Assembly: GCA_016934395.1 (NCBI GenBank)
Contig: JAFGSZ010000008.1
Coordinates: 16,421-80,420 of the forward strand
Length of the DNA: 64,000 bases
Source of the DNA: Bacteroidales bacterium
GTDB lineage: Bacteria > Bacteroidota > Bacteroidia > Bacteroidales > UBA10428
Reading direction: 5' to 3'
The translations under genes were made by a program, and so were the position numbers. Shown one piece after another: positions 56,002 to 64,000 of the stretch; the first letter of the stretch is position 1; each line of letters opens with the position of its first letter. The notes under the pieces were generated by a model. The model made no database searches. It saw only the letters and a list, made by a program, of their open reading frames with translations, and had not been told where the DNA came from.

Positions 56002-57771
56002 CTAATGTTCCGATATTTCTTCCAGCAACTTTCTGTAAGATGAAAACAATGTTGCCCTGGATAAAAATCCCACATATTTACCATGATCAAGAACAGCAAT
56101 ATTATATCTTTCGCTATCCTTAAACTTACGGGCAATATCCTCCATGGTATCATCCGGATTAATAACATATTCGGGCATAAACATCAGGTCTCTAACAAAT
56201 ACTTTATCATACATTTCGTGATTAAACATAATATGTCTTATATCGTCCATTTTTACAATACCCCGAAAAGTGCCGTTTCGCTCAACCACAGGAAAAATAT
56301 TCCGGTGTGCCCTGGTAATAATTTTAACCAGCTCCCCCAAAGTATTATTAGGCCGTACTATATTAAAATCCGTTTCAATCATTTCATTTACATTCAACCG
56401 CATCAATACTGCCTTATCTTTATGATGTGTGATTAATTCACCTCTTTGTGCCAGCTGAATTGTATACACAGAATTCGGCACAAAAAAACGAATTGTAGCA
56501 TAAGAAATTGTTGCAGAAATCATCAAAGGTAAAAACAATTCGTACCCACCGGTTATTTCAGCAATAAGAAACATTGCCGTTAAGGGAGCATGCAATACTC
56601 CAGCAATTAATCCGGCCATCCCCACCAAGGCAAAATTACTTTCAGATAATGATAATCCGAAATGATTAAGAATTTTTGAAAATACCAATCCTGCATTGGC
56701 GCCCACAAATAAGGTTGGAGCAAACACACCGCCTATACCACCACTGCCAAAAGTTATCGATGCAGCTACAACTTTTGTTAACAGCACAAGGATTAGAAAA
56801 ATAATTATTGCGATATTATTACCTGCTAATCCCGAATAAAATGTATTGTCAAATAAATAGTTTAAGTTTCCGCGTAAGCAACTGTTAATAGCCTGATAAC
56901 CCTCACCATAAAGGGACGGGACAAGAAAAATTAAAACCCCAAGCAAAATTCCTCCAATTACTACCCGGTCAAAAGGCTTTTGAATTTTTTCAAAGAATTC
57001 GGTTATCCAAATATAGGTTTTGGTAAAATAAAAAGAAATAAACCCAGTAAAAATTCCGAGTATAATAAAATACGGAATCTGGTTAAGAGTGAAATCCTCC
57101 TGAATATTAAAAGGATACAACACATTCTGTCCCTGAAATAAATAAGAGGTAACCACAGCTGTAGCTGAGGATATTAATAAGGGTACCACTGATACCATGG
57201 TAAGGTCAAACATAATCACCTCAAGTACAAAAACAATTGCAGTAATAGGAGCTTTAAAAATTGCCGACATTGCTCCAGCACTGGCACATCCAAGTAAAAG
57301 AATCAATTGTTTGTTATTTAGTCGTAACAACCTTCCCAAATTAGAGCCCATGGCTGCCCCTGTGGCCACTGTAGGTCCTTCAAGTCCAACGGAACCCCCG
57401 AAACCTACTGTAAGTGCACTTGTAATGACAGAAGAATACAGGTTATGGCTACGTATATAACCGTTTGTTTTTGAAATAGCATATAAAACACTAGGAATAC
57501 CATGCCTTACAGGACGCTTATTAATATATTTTACAAAAAGCACAACGAGCAGGATGCCCAAAAACGGGTAAAAGATATAAAGATAAAATCCACGAAAAAC
57601 AGCCACTTCGCTAAGGTGCTCCTGTATAAAATGCACAAGGTTTTTAATAATAACTGCAGCGAAACCCACCGCAAGACCTATTAAAACACTAAGGATTAGA
57701 ATAAACTGCTGGTCACTAATATGATCTGTTCTCCATGCCAGAAACCTTACCAGTAGTGATTTTTTCTCCAT
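56002..57771 (-). CDS. ClC-family chloride channel / H+-Cl- exchanger with a C-terminal CBS pair (copy 1)
   Basis: Has GFGGSVGLEGP, GGVFAPTLFVG and a CBS pair. I prefer the ATG at 57771 (MEKKSLL) over the TTG at 57780. Confidence 0.9.
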   Translation of the reverse strand: MEKKSLLVRFLAWRTDHISDQQFILILSVLIGLAVGFAAVIIKNLVHFIQEHLSEVAVFRGFYLYIFYPFLGILLVVLFVKYINKRPVRHGIPSVLYAISKTNGYIRSHNLYSSVITSALTVGFGGSVGLEGPTVATGAAMGSNLGRLLRLNNKQLILLLGCASAGAMSAIFKAPITAIVFVLEVIMFDLTMVSVVPLLISSATAVVTSYLFQGQNVLYPFNIQEDFTLNQIPYFIILGIFTGFISFYFTKTYIWITEFFEKIQKPFDRVVIGGILLGVLIFLVPSLYGEGYQAINSCLRGNLNYLFDNTFYSGLAGNNIAIIIFLILVLLTKVVAASITFGSGGIGGVFAPTLFVGANAGLVFSKILNHFGLSLSESNFALVGMAGLIAGVLHAPLTAMFLIAEITGGYELFLPLMISATISYATIRFFVPNSVYTIQLAQRGELITHHKDKAVLMRLNVNEMIETDFNIVRPNNTLGELVKIITRAHRNIFPVVERNGTFRGIVKMDDIRHIMFNHEMYDKVFVRDLMFMPEYVINPDDTMEDIARKFKDSERYNIAVLDHGKYVGFLSRATLFSSYRKLLEEISEH

Positions 57772-57886
57772 AACCCGCAAATTTACAACATCAAACGGTT
57801 AATAAAAATAGAATGATTCTGAATTATATCGCTCATGTTCATGTAATTTTGTTATTGAAATTTAAATTACAATAAATCTGTTGACC

Positions 57887-58843
57887 ATGAATAAAATTTG
57901 TGAACTTTTCAATATCCGCTATCCTATTGTTCAGGGAGGAATGGTATGGTGCAGCGGCTGGAAGCTTGCTGCAGCTGTTAGTAATGCAGGAGGGTTGGGA
58001 TTAATTGGTGCAGGGTCTATGGATGCAGATTTATTACAAATCCATATTCAAAAAGCAAAACAGGCTACATCCATGCCTTTTGGAGTAAATGTGCCCTTGT
58101 TGAAAAAAGATGCAGCAGAACTTATGCAGGTAATACTTGATGAAAATGTAAGCATAGTTTTTACCTCTGCAGGTAATCCTTCCATCTGGACCCCAATATT
58201 AAAAAGCAAAGGTGTATGTGTGGTTCATGTGGTATCCAGCCTCAAATTTGCAGAAAAAGCCCAGGATGCCGGAGTTGATGCAATTGTTGCCGAAGGTTTT
58301 GAAGCCGGCGGACATAATGGCCGGGAAGAAACTACCACTTTTACTTTAATCCCTAATCTGCAAAATCGCTTGCAGGTGCCCCTTATGGCAGCAGGAGGAA
58401 TAGCCTCAGGTAAAGCTATGGCCGCAGCCATGATATTGGGAGCTGATGGTGTTCAGATCGGCTCAAGGTTTGCAGTTTCGGAAGAATCATCGGCACATAT
58501 TAATTTTAAAAAGGCAGTAATTAGACTAAATGAAGGAGAAACACGTTTAACCTTAAAACAATTGGCCCCGGTACGTATGATTATGAATGAATTTTATAAC
58601 AGTATCGTGTTGGCTGAGAATAAAGGTTCATCTGTTGAAGAGTTAACAAGCCTTTTAGGTAACGGGCGTGAAAAATCAGGGATTTTTGAAGGCGACCTGG
58701 TAAACGGGGCACTTGAAATAGGACAGGCAGCGGCCCTGATAAAGGATATTCAGCCTGTTAAAAATATTATAAATGAAATTATAAGTGAATTTTTTAATAG
58801 TATTCATAGTCTGAAAAAAGATAATAAGTTTAATTTTGGCTAA
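57887..58843 (+). CDS. Nitronate monooxygenase-fold FMN oxidoreductase (FabK-like enoyl-ACP reductase II candidate)
   Basis: Contains YPIVQGGMVWCSG, AEGFEAGGH and AAGGIASG. The ATG is at 57887. Confidence 0.8.
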   Translation: MNKICELFNIRYPIVQGGMVWCSGWKLAAAVSNAGGLGLIGAGSMDADLLQIHIQKAKQATSMPFGVNVPLLKKDAAELMQVILDENVSIVFTSAGNPSIWTPILKSKGVCVVHVVSSLKFAEKAQDAGVDAIVAEGFEAGGHNGREETTTFTLIPNLQNRLQVPLMAAGGIASGKAMAAAMILGADGVQIGSRFAVSEESSAHINFKKAVIRLNEGETRLTLKQLAPVRMIMNEFYNSIVLAENKGSSVEELTSLLGNGREKSGIFEGDLVNGALEIGQAAALIKDIQPVKNIINEIISEFFNSIHSLKKDNKFNFG

Positions 58844-58856
58844 AGTTTGTATTTCT

Positions 58857-60359
58857 ATGAATTCCGTATTAAAGTACTTACTGCCCAGTATTTTTTTTAT
58901 AAATGTTTTGCTACCGGCGCTTTACAGTCAGGTTCCGGGAGGGCCTGAACCTCCGGATCTTAAACGCGTAACGGTTGATCCCGAAACCGGTTATGCCATT
59001 TTACACTGGACCCACAGCCCGTCATCCAACGTGGCATTTTATGCAATTGAAATAATAATAATTCAGGGGCTCGAAGGCCCTACAGGTATTACCATAGATC
59101 AGGTGCCGGCCACAGATACCTTTTATGTGTATGAGGCTGCAAAATCTAATTTTCAATCAGACGGGTATTCGGTTTACAGTATTGGAAATGATGGGAAAAA
59201 CGGCACCTCCACCCAGGTTGACAGCACTATATATACTACTGCAATTTTCGATTCCTGTTCCGCATCCATTCAGTTAAAGTGGAATGATTACAATAGCTGG
59301 AGGGGAGAAATTGCACGCTATCGCATATACAGTCAGATAAACAATTCACCCCCGGTTATTGAGGCCATTGTATCCGAAGGAACCAATGTGTATTCATTTC
59401 AGAATTTCCAGGTAAATTCAGATTATGGCTTTTTTATTGAAGCAGAACATAACGACGGCAGAAAATCACGTTCAAATAAGGCTGAAGTCAATACAAATAT
59501 GGCAAAGAATCCCGATTACATAAATGCCGATTTTGCCACTAAATCCAATGATAATACAGTGAATCTTTCGTTTACTATTGATCCCGGCAATGAATTAAAA
59601 GATTTTGTGTTGCTCCGATCGGTGAACCCAAACGGCCCATGGGATACTATTTCTTACATTTATTTAATGGGGAACAATATTTCGTACAACGATCTGGTAA
59701 ATTTCAATAAGGGTCCTTATTATTACCGGTTAGGTGCCTTAAATTATTGCAACCAGGTAGCTGCAAGTTCTAATATTGCAGGAACAATATTACTTTCCGG
59801 ATCTTCTGAAGGCCTGTCAAACGAGCTTTCCTGGAATCCTTATGTTGACTGGAACGGAGATTTGAAGGAATACCAGGTTTACAGAAGATTCGGCGATAAT
59901 TTCTTTCAGCAAATACATACTACCCTGGCCACCCAATATTTAGATACCGAAATTGAAAATTTGCAGTTTACGAATCTTCCCGATCATGTATGTTATGAAA
60001 TAAAAGCGTTAGAGGCCGGAAATAATCCGTACGGAATTACCGGTAGCAGTACAAGTAATGAAATCTGCTTTACCCTAAAAGCCCAGGTACAAATTCCAAA
60101 TGCTTTTACACCCAATGGCGATGGTATAAACGATACCTTTGGCCCCATGTTCAGTTATATTCCGTCGAATTATATCTTTCAGATATTTAACCGGTGGGGA
60201 ATTAAAGTTTTTGAAACGCGCGATCCATTTGAAAAATGGGACGGCCTGGTATCCGGCAAACCCGGTCCCGAATCTGTGTATATCTATATAATTGAAAGCC
60301 AGAATGCCGGAAAACGTAATTTCAGGTATAACGGACATGTAACCGTAGTATATCCCTAA
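58857..60359 (+). CDS. Secreted multi-FN3-like protein with a T9SS type-B (gliding-motility-associated) C-terminal sorting domain
   Basis: Has a signal peptide, four W...Y.(I/V)Y modules and the C-terminal PNAFTPNGDGINDTF...IFNRWG...WDG. Confidence 0.8.
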   Translation: MNSVLKYLLPSIFFINVLLPALYSQVPGGPEPPDLKRVTVDPETGYAILHWTHSPSSNVAFYAIEIIIIQGLEGPTGITIDQVPATDTFYVYEAAKSNFQSDGYSVYSIGNDGKNGTSTQVDSTIYTTAIFDSCSASIQLKWNDYNSWRGEIARYRIYSQINNSPPVIEAIVSEGTNVYSFQNFQVNSDYGFFIEAEHNDGRKSRSNKAEVNTNMAKNPDYINADFATKSNDNTVNLSFTIDPGNELKDFVLLRSVNPNGPWDTISYIYLMGNNISYNDLVNFNKGPYYYRLGALNYCNQVAASSNIAGTILLSGSSEGLSNELSWNPYVDWNGDLKEYQVYRRFGDNFFQQIHTTLATQYLDTEIENLQFTNLPDHVCYEIKALEAGNNPYGITGSSTSNEICFTLKAQVQIPNAFTPNGDGINDTFGPMFSYIPSNYIFQIFNRWGIKVFETRDPFEKWDGLVSGKPGPESVYIYIIESQNAGKRNFRYNGHVTVVYP

Positions 60360-60396
60360 ATTTAAAATTAGCCGAACAATATTACAGGAAATTCGC

Positions 60397-60404
60397 TAAA
60401 TTTG
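60397..60404 (+). promoter_or_regulatory. Bacteroidota -7 box (TAaaTTTG) for relA/spoT
   Basis: taaatttg lies 44 nt upstream of the ATG at 60448. Confidence 0.4.
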
Positions 60405-60447
60405 CAGAGAAACTCGTAATAAAATCTTTACCAGAGACAGGGAATTC

Positions 60448-62691
60448 ATGAGTATTGTTCATACTGCAGAAGATATTGATGTTCAGCGGGAGTTTAATGA
60501 ACTTCTTAATAATTGCCAGCGATGTGATAAGCGGGGTGACAAGGCAATTATCCGTAAGGCTTTTAAAGTAGCCTCTGATGCTCACCGTGGCATCAGAAGA
60601 AAATCGGGAGAGCCTTATATCATGCATCCAATTGCTGTAGCAAAGATTGTAAATCATGAAATGGGATTGGGTGTAAAATCTATTGTATGCGCCCTGCTTC
60701 ATGATGTTGTAGAAGATACGGATTATACTATTGAATACATTGAAAATCATTTTGGCCAAAAAATCGCTTCCATTATAGACGGCCTTACGAAAATCTCCGG
60801 AGTTTTTGATAATAAATCTTCCTTTCAGGCTGAAAATTTCAGAAAAATGTTGCTTACCCTTTCTGATGATGTGAGGGTAATTCTTATTAAGCTGGCCGAC
60901 CGGCTGCATAATATGAGGACATTGGAAAGTATGCCGGCACAAAAACGCATGAAAATCGCAAGTGAGACTATTTATTTATATGCTCCCCTTGCCCATCGCC
61001 TAGGATTTTATTCCATAAAAACAGAACTCGAAGATTTAAGCTTAAAACACAGATATCCTGAAATTTATGCTGAGCTCTCTGAAAAAATAAAACAAAAAGA
61101 AAAAACCTACCAGAGTTTTATTGAAGAATTTTCAGCTCCCATTAAAGAACAATTAAATAAGAATAGAATCAATTTTAATATAGACGGACGATATAAATCA
61201 ATTTATTCCATCTGGCACAAAATGCAGACTAAAAATGTGCCCTTTGAAGAAATTTATGATTTAATGGCCATCCGGATTGTTTTTGAAGCAACGGCAGATA
61301 TTCCTGAAAAGACCCAGTGCTGGAATATCTATTCCATGATTACGGACATTTATATGCCTAAACCTGAGCGAATCCGCGACTGGGTAAGTACACCGAAAGC
61401 AAATGGATATGAATCACTTCATGCTACCGTTATGGGACCAAAGGGACATTGGGTTGAAATTCAGATCCGCTCCATGCGTATGGATGAAATTGCAGAACGC
61501 GGATTTGCTGCTCACTGGAAATATAAACAAAATAATAACCAGGAAAGTGAACTTGATAAATGGATTAAGCGGATCAGGGAATTACTCCAAAGCCCGCAAT
61601 CTGACGCTCTTGAATTTCTCGACGATTTTAAACTTAATCTTTTCTCTTCAGAAATATTTATTTTCACGCCTAAAGGAGAAATCAAAACCATGCCAGTGGG
61701 TGTTACTGCCCTGGATTTTGCATATGAAATTCACTCTGAGATCGGTCATAAGGCAATTGCTGCAAAAATCAATCATAAATTATTACCCTTAAACCATCTG
61801 CTCAAAAGTGGCGATCAGGTGGAGATAATTACTTCAGATAAATATCAGCCGCGCCATGAATGGTTAAATAAAATTAAAACGGCAAAAGCAAAAACAAGCA
61901 TTAAGACCTATATAAAAGCTGAAACAAAAAACAGAATTGAAAAAGGAAGGAAAATTCTCGAAGAAAAACTTAATGAACTAAAATTAAAACCCAGTTCGAG
62001 AATATTTAAAAAATTAATCCCCTATTTCGAACTTACCAATAAAGAAGAATTATACAGTAAAATTGCCACCGGTATAATTCAGCTGGATAACCTGAAAAAA
62101 ATCCTTAAGAAAAATACAAAAAACAAACTAATCCGATACTGGGGATTACAGTTTTCAAAATCTTCTTCAAAAAAATCAGAAGAAGAAGAAGAAGAAGAAC
62201 CAAAAATACCAGTAGAACTGAGCAATACATCCACAATACTGTTAAAAGAGAATATCGATCCGGAAGATTCAGAATACACCATTGCCAAGTGCTGCAACCC
62301 TATTCCCGGCGACGATGTTATTGGTCACAAAAACGCTTCGGATGAGATTATTATTCATAAAATAAACTGCCCAAATACACTCAAACTTATGTCCAGCCAG
62401 AACGAGTTTATTGTTCAGGCTAAATGGACAACGCACAAATTTCTTTCTTTCCTGGTTCGTGTGGCTATCCGCGGTACCGACCGGTTTGGCGTTTATAATG
62501 AAATTACAACCGTTATTTCTAAACAGCTAAACGTGAACATCCGCACTATTAACCTGGCCAGTCATGATGGAATTTGGGAAGGTTCCATCGACCTTTATGT
62601 TCACAATACTAAAGATCTGAATAATCTTATTTTGAATATCAGTAAAATTAAAGGTGTAGACTCCATTTCGCGTGTTGAAAATACCGGTTAA
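60448..62691 (+). CDS. spoT: Bifunctional RelA/SpoT-family (p)ppGpp synthetase/hydrolase
   Basis: Has the HD hydrolase motif HDVVEDT, the synthetase motif RIRDWVSTPKANGYESLH, and TGS and C-terminal ACT-like regions. Confidence 0.95.
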   Translation: MSIVHTAEDIDVQREFNELLNNCQRCDKRGDKAIIRKAFKVASDAHRGIRRKSGEPYIMHPIAVAKIVNHEMGLGVKSIVCALLHDVVEDTDYTIEYIENHFGQKIASIIDGLTKISGVFDNKSSFQAENFRKMLLTLSDDVRVILIKLADRLHNMRTLESMPAQKRMKIASETIYLYAPLAHRLGFYSIKTELEDLSLKHRYPEIYAELSEKIKQKEKTYQSFIEEFSAPIKEQLNKNRINFNIDGRYKSIYSIWHKMQTKNVPFEEIYDLMAIRIVFEATADIPEKTQCWNIYSMITDIYMPKPERIRDWVSTPKANGYESLHATVMGPKGHWVEIQIRSMRMDEIAERGFAAHWKYKQNNNQESELDKWIKRIRELLQSPQSDALEFLDDFKLNLFSSEIFIFTPKGEIKTMPVGVTALDFAYEIHSEIGHKAIAAKINHKLLPLNHLLKSGDQVEIITSDKYQPRHEWLNKIKTAKAKTSIKTYIKAETKNRIEKGRKILEEKLNELKLKPSSRIFKKLIPYFELTNKEELYSKIATGIIQLDNLKKILKKNTKNKLIRYWGLQFSKSSSKKSEEEEEEEPKIPVELSNTSTILLKENIDPEDSEYTIAKCCNPIPGDDVIGHKNASDEIIIHKINCPNTLKLMSSQNEFIVQAKWTTHKFLSFLVRVAIRGTDRFGVYNEITTVISKQLNVNIRTINLASHDGIWEGSIDLYVHNTKDLNNLILNISKIKGVDSISRVENTG
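62179..62199 (+). repeat. In-frame (GAA)7 trinucleotide repeat encoding Glu7 in the RelA/SpoT linker
   Basis: gaagaagaagaagaagaagaa is read directly from the sequence. It is in frame with the CDS, since 62179-60448 is divisible by 3. Confidence 0.9.
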
Positions 62692-62775
62692 GTTATTTTT
62701 AAAATAATTCTAAATAGCAACTTTAATTTTTAAAAATTTAGTATATTAGCACGCTATTTTTAATTAGTCTAAGTT

Positions 62776-63231
62776 ATGGTCTCAAACGAAACAAAAGAAA
62801 CAGTAAAGAAAATATTTACAGACTATTTGGAAAAAAAAGGTCACCGTAAAACACCCGAAAGATATGCCATTTTAGATGAAATTTATTCAAGAGACGGGCA
62901 TTTTGATATTGAAACGTTGTATATTTTTATGAAGAATAAAAATTACAGGGTAAGCCGGGCGACCTTATATAACACAATAGAACTTTTATTGGATTGCAAT
63001 CTTGTAATCAAACATCAGTTTGGAAAAAATATCGCTCAGTTTGAGAAAGCGTATCAATGTATGCAGCACGATCATCTAATTGATATAAATTCAGGAAAGG
63101 TTATTGAATTTTGTGATCCCCGTATGCAGGAAATTATACAAACGGCTTGTGAATTAAACGGCTTTACACTTTCACACCATTCTCTGTATATTTATGGTAT
63201 AAAGAAAGACACAGCGAACAAAATCAAGTAG
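62776..63231 (+). CDS. fur: Fur-family transcriptional repressor
   Basis: Has a winged-helix N-terminus ([12 protein letters not shown]...[13 protein letters not shown]) and a QHDH metal-site motif. Both CxxC pairs of the structural Zn site are absent. Confidence 0.8.
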   Translation: MVSNETKETVKKIFTDYLEKKGHRKTPERYAILDEIYSRDGHFDIETLYIFMKNKNYRVSRATLYNTIELLLDCNLVIKHQFGKNIAQFEKAYQCMQHDHLIDINSGKVIEFCDPRMQEIIQTACELNGFTLSHHSLYIYGIKKDTANKIK

Positions 63232-63285
63232 AGAACCTCCTGGCTTTTTAAAATATCAACCAATCATACACATTCGTGAATTATC

Positions 63286-63330
63286 AGGTACAATTTGAAA
63301 AAATAATTTGTACCTTGTGTTGCATTTTTT
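63286..63330 (+). terminator. Hairpin between fur and purA (terminator or operator candidate)
   Basis: An 8-bp stem AGGTACAA-N14-TTGTACCT at 63286-63315. A T7 run follows, but only 9 nt later. Confidence 0.35.
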
Positions 63331-63353
63331 ATGATAAATAATACAGTTTTAAA

Positions 63354-64000
63354 ATGAAAGTTGACGTACTGCTCGGTCTCCAGTGGGGAGATGAAGGAAA
63401 AGGTAAAATTGTTGATGTATTAACTCCAAAATACGATGTAATAGCCCGCTTTCAGGGTGGCCCAAATGCCGGACATTCATTGGAATTTGGAGAAATTAAA
63501 CATGTTTTGCACACCATTCCTTCAGGAATTTTTCACGATGATCAGGTAAATATAATTGGCAACGGAGTAGTAATCGATCCCATAATATTTAAGACTGAAA
63601 TTGATGAAATAAAAAAACTGGGCGTTGACCTTCATGAAAAACTTTTAATTTCAAAAAAAGCACATCTTATTCTACCCACGCACAGAATGCTCGATGCCGC
63701 ATCAGAAGCAGCAAAAGGCACCACAAAAATCGGATCTACATTAAAAGGTATTGGCCCCACCTACATGGATAAAACCGGGCGAAACGGGTTACGGGTTGGA
63801 GATATTATTGAACCCGGATTTAGAAAAAAATTCGAGTTCCTGAAAGCAAAACATAAAGATATTCTGGATCAATATGATTTTGATTATACCATTGATCAGT
63901 ATGAAGAAGAGTGGTGGAAAGGCATCGAAGTTCTAAAAAGCTATAAACTTGTAGAATCTGAATACGTTCTGAATTCATTTCTTAGTGAGAATAAATCAAT
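63354..64000 (+). CDS. purA: Adenylosuccinate synthase, N-terminal part (runs off the window end)
   Basis: My own translation from the ATG at 63354 gives MKVDVLLGLQWGDEGKGKIVDVLTPKYDVIARFQGGPNAGHS..., which includes the P-loop QWGDEGKGK. It is open to position 64000. Confidence 0.95.
   Translation, partial: MKVDVLLGLQWGDEGKGKIVDVLTPKYDVIARFQGGPNAGHSLEFGEIKHVLHTIPSGIFHDDQVNIIGNGVVIDPIIFKTEIDEIKKLGVDLHEKLLISKKAHLILPTHRMLDAASEAAKGTTKIGSTLKGIGPTYMDKTGRNGLRVGDIIEPGFRKKFEFLKAKHKDILDQYDFDYTIDQYEEEWWKGIEVLKSYKLVESEYVLNSFLSENKS

Noticed and set aside
57772-57886. A fluoride (crcB-motif) riboswitch or other anion-sensing leader upstream of the ClC pair.
   Set aside because: No GGnGAUGG…AACCGCC…CUnAUGA-like elements appear on the ClC strand. 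These are CBS-containing general ClC proteins, not the short CLC-F clade.
60382-60942. A 186-aa reverse-strand ORF overlapping the start of relA/spoT.
   Set aside because: It is antisense to a strongly supported conserved CDS that contains the HD-domain motifs. Its sequence is low-complexity and Ile/Phe/Asn-rich, as expected from the antisense frame of an AT-rich gene.
1-64000. A whole-window check for CRISPR arrays, tRNA/rRNA genes, transposases, integrases, toxin-antitoxin pairs and recognisable defence systems.
   Set aside because: I saw no regularly spaced direct repeats, no tRNA-like T-arm (GGTTCGAATCC) contexts, and no recombinase or nuclease-ATPase defence-type ORFs among the translated frames. 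This was a by-eye scan and not exhaustive.

Overview
AT-rich, gene-dense chromosomal DNA with the hallmarks of a Bacteroidota genome: TAnnTTTG -7 promoter boxes close to start codons, a T9SS type-B C-terminal sorting domain, the rseC-rnfBCDGEA gene order, a divergent tsaD/tamB pair and an exbB-exbD-tonB set. The Rnf complex suggests an anaerobic or facultative Bacteroidia-like organism (inference). I support about 53 protein-coding genes, two of them truncated by the window edges. I saw no rRNA, tRNA, CRISPR array, transposase, integrase or phage gene. Most of the window is housekeeping: recG, guaB, recQ, rlmI, pepF, yaaA, tex, ptrB, rnf, tsaD, glyA, relA/spoT, fur, purA and a SurA/PpiD/OstA envelope-chaperone array. 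The only clearly accessory block is a heavy-metal RND efflux island at about 27.3-35.2 kb. It opens with an uncharacterised Cys/His-rich secreted mini-protein and an unusually long CusA-type pump. It also has an outer-membrane factor with a Met-rich insert, an adaptor carrying two extra metal-binding domains, and a stand-alone metal-binding lipoprotein. No regulator gene lies next to it. This island is my best candidate for under-described biology. Other points worth a second look: a recQ / DUF5063-like / WRN-exo-like exonuclease / rlmI block, about 12 degenerate TACTGCC heptads upstream of tex, and a 123-nt composite palindrome acting as the ptrB terminator. There is also a purine-rich GC island in the first intergenic region, an isolated SiaC (DUF1987)-like gene, three small membrane proteins, and tandem ClC-CBS paralogs. 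All family assignments come from motif reading and memory. No database search was run.
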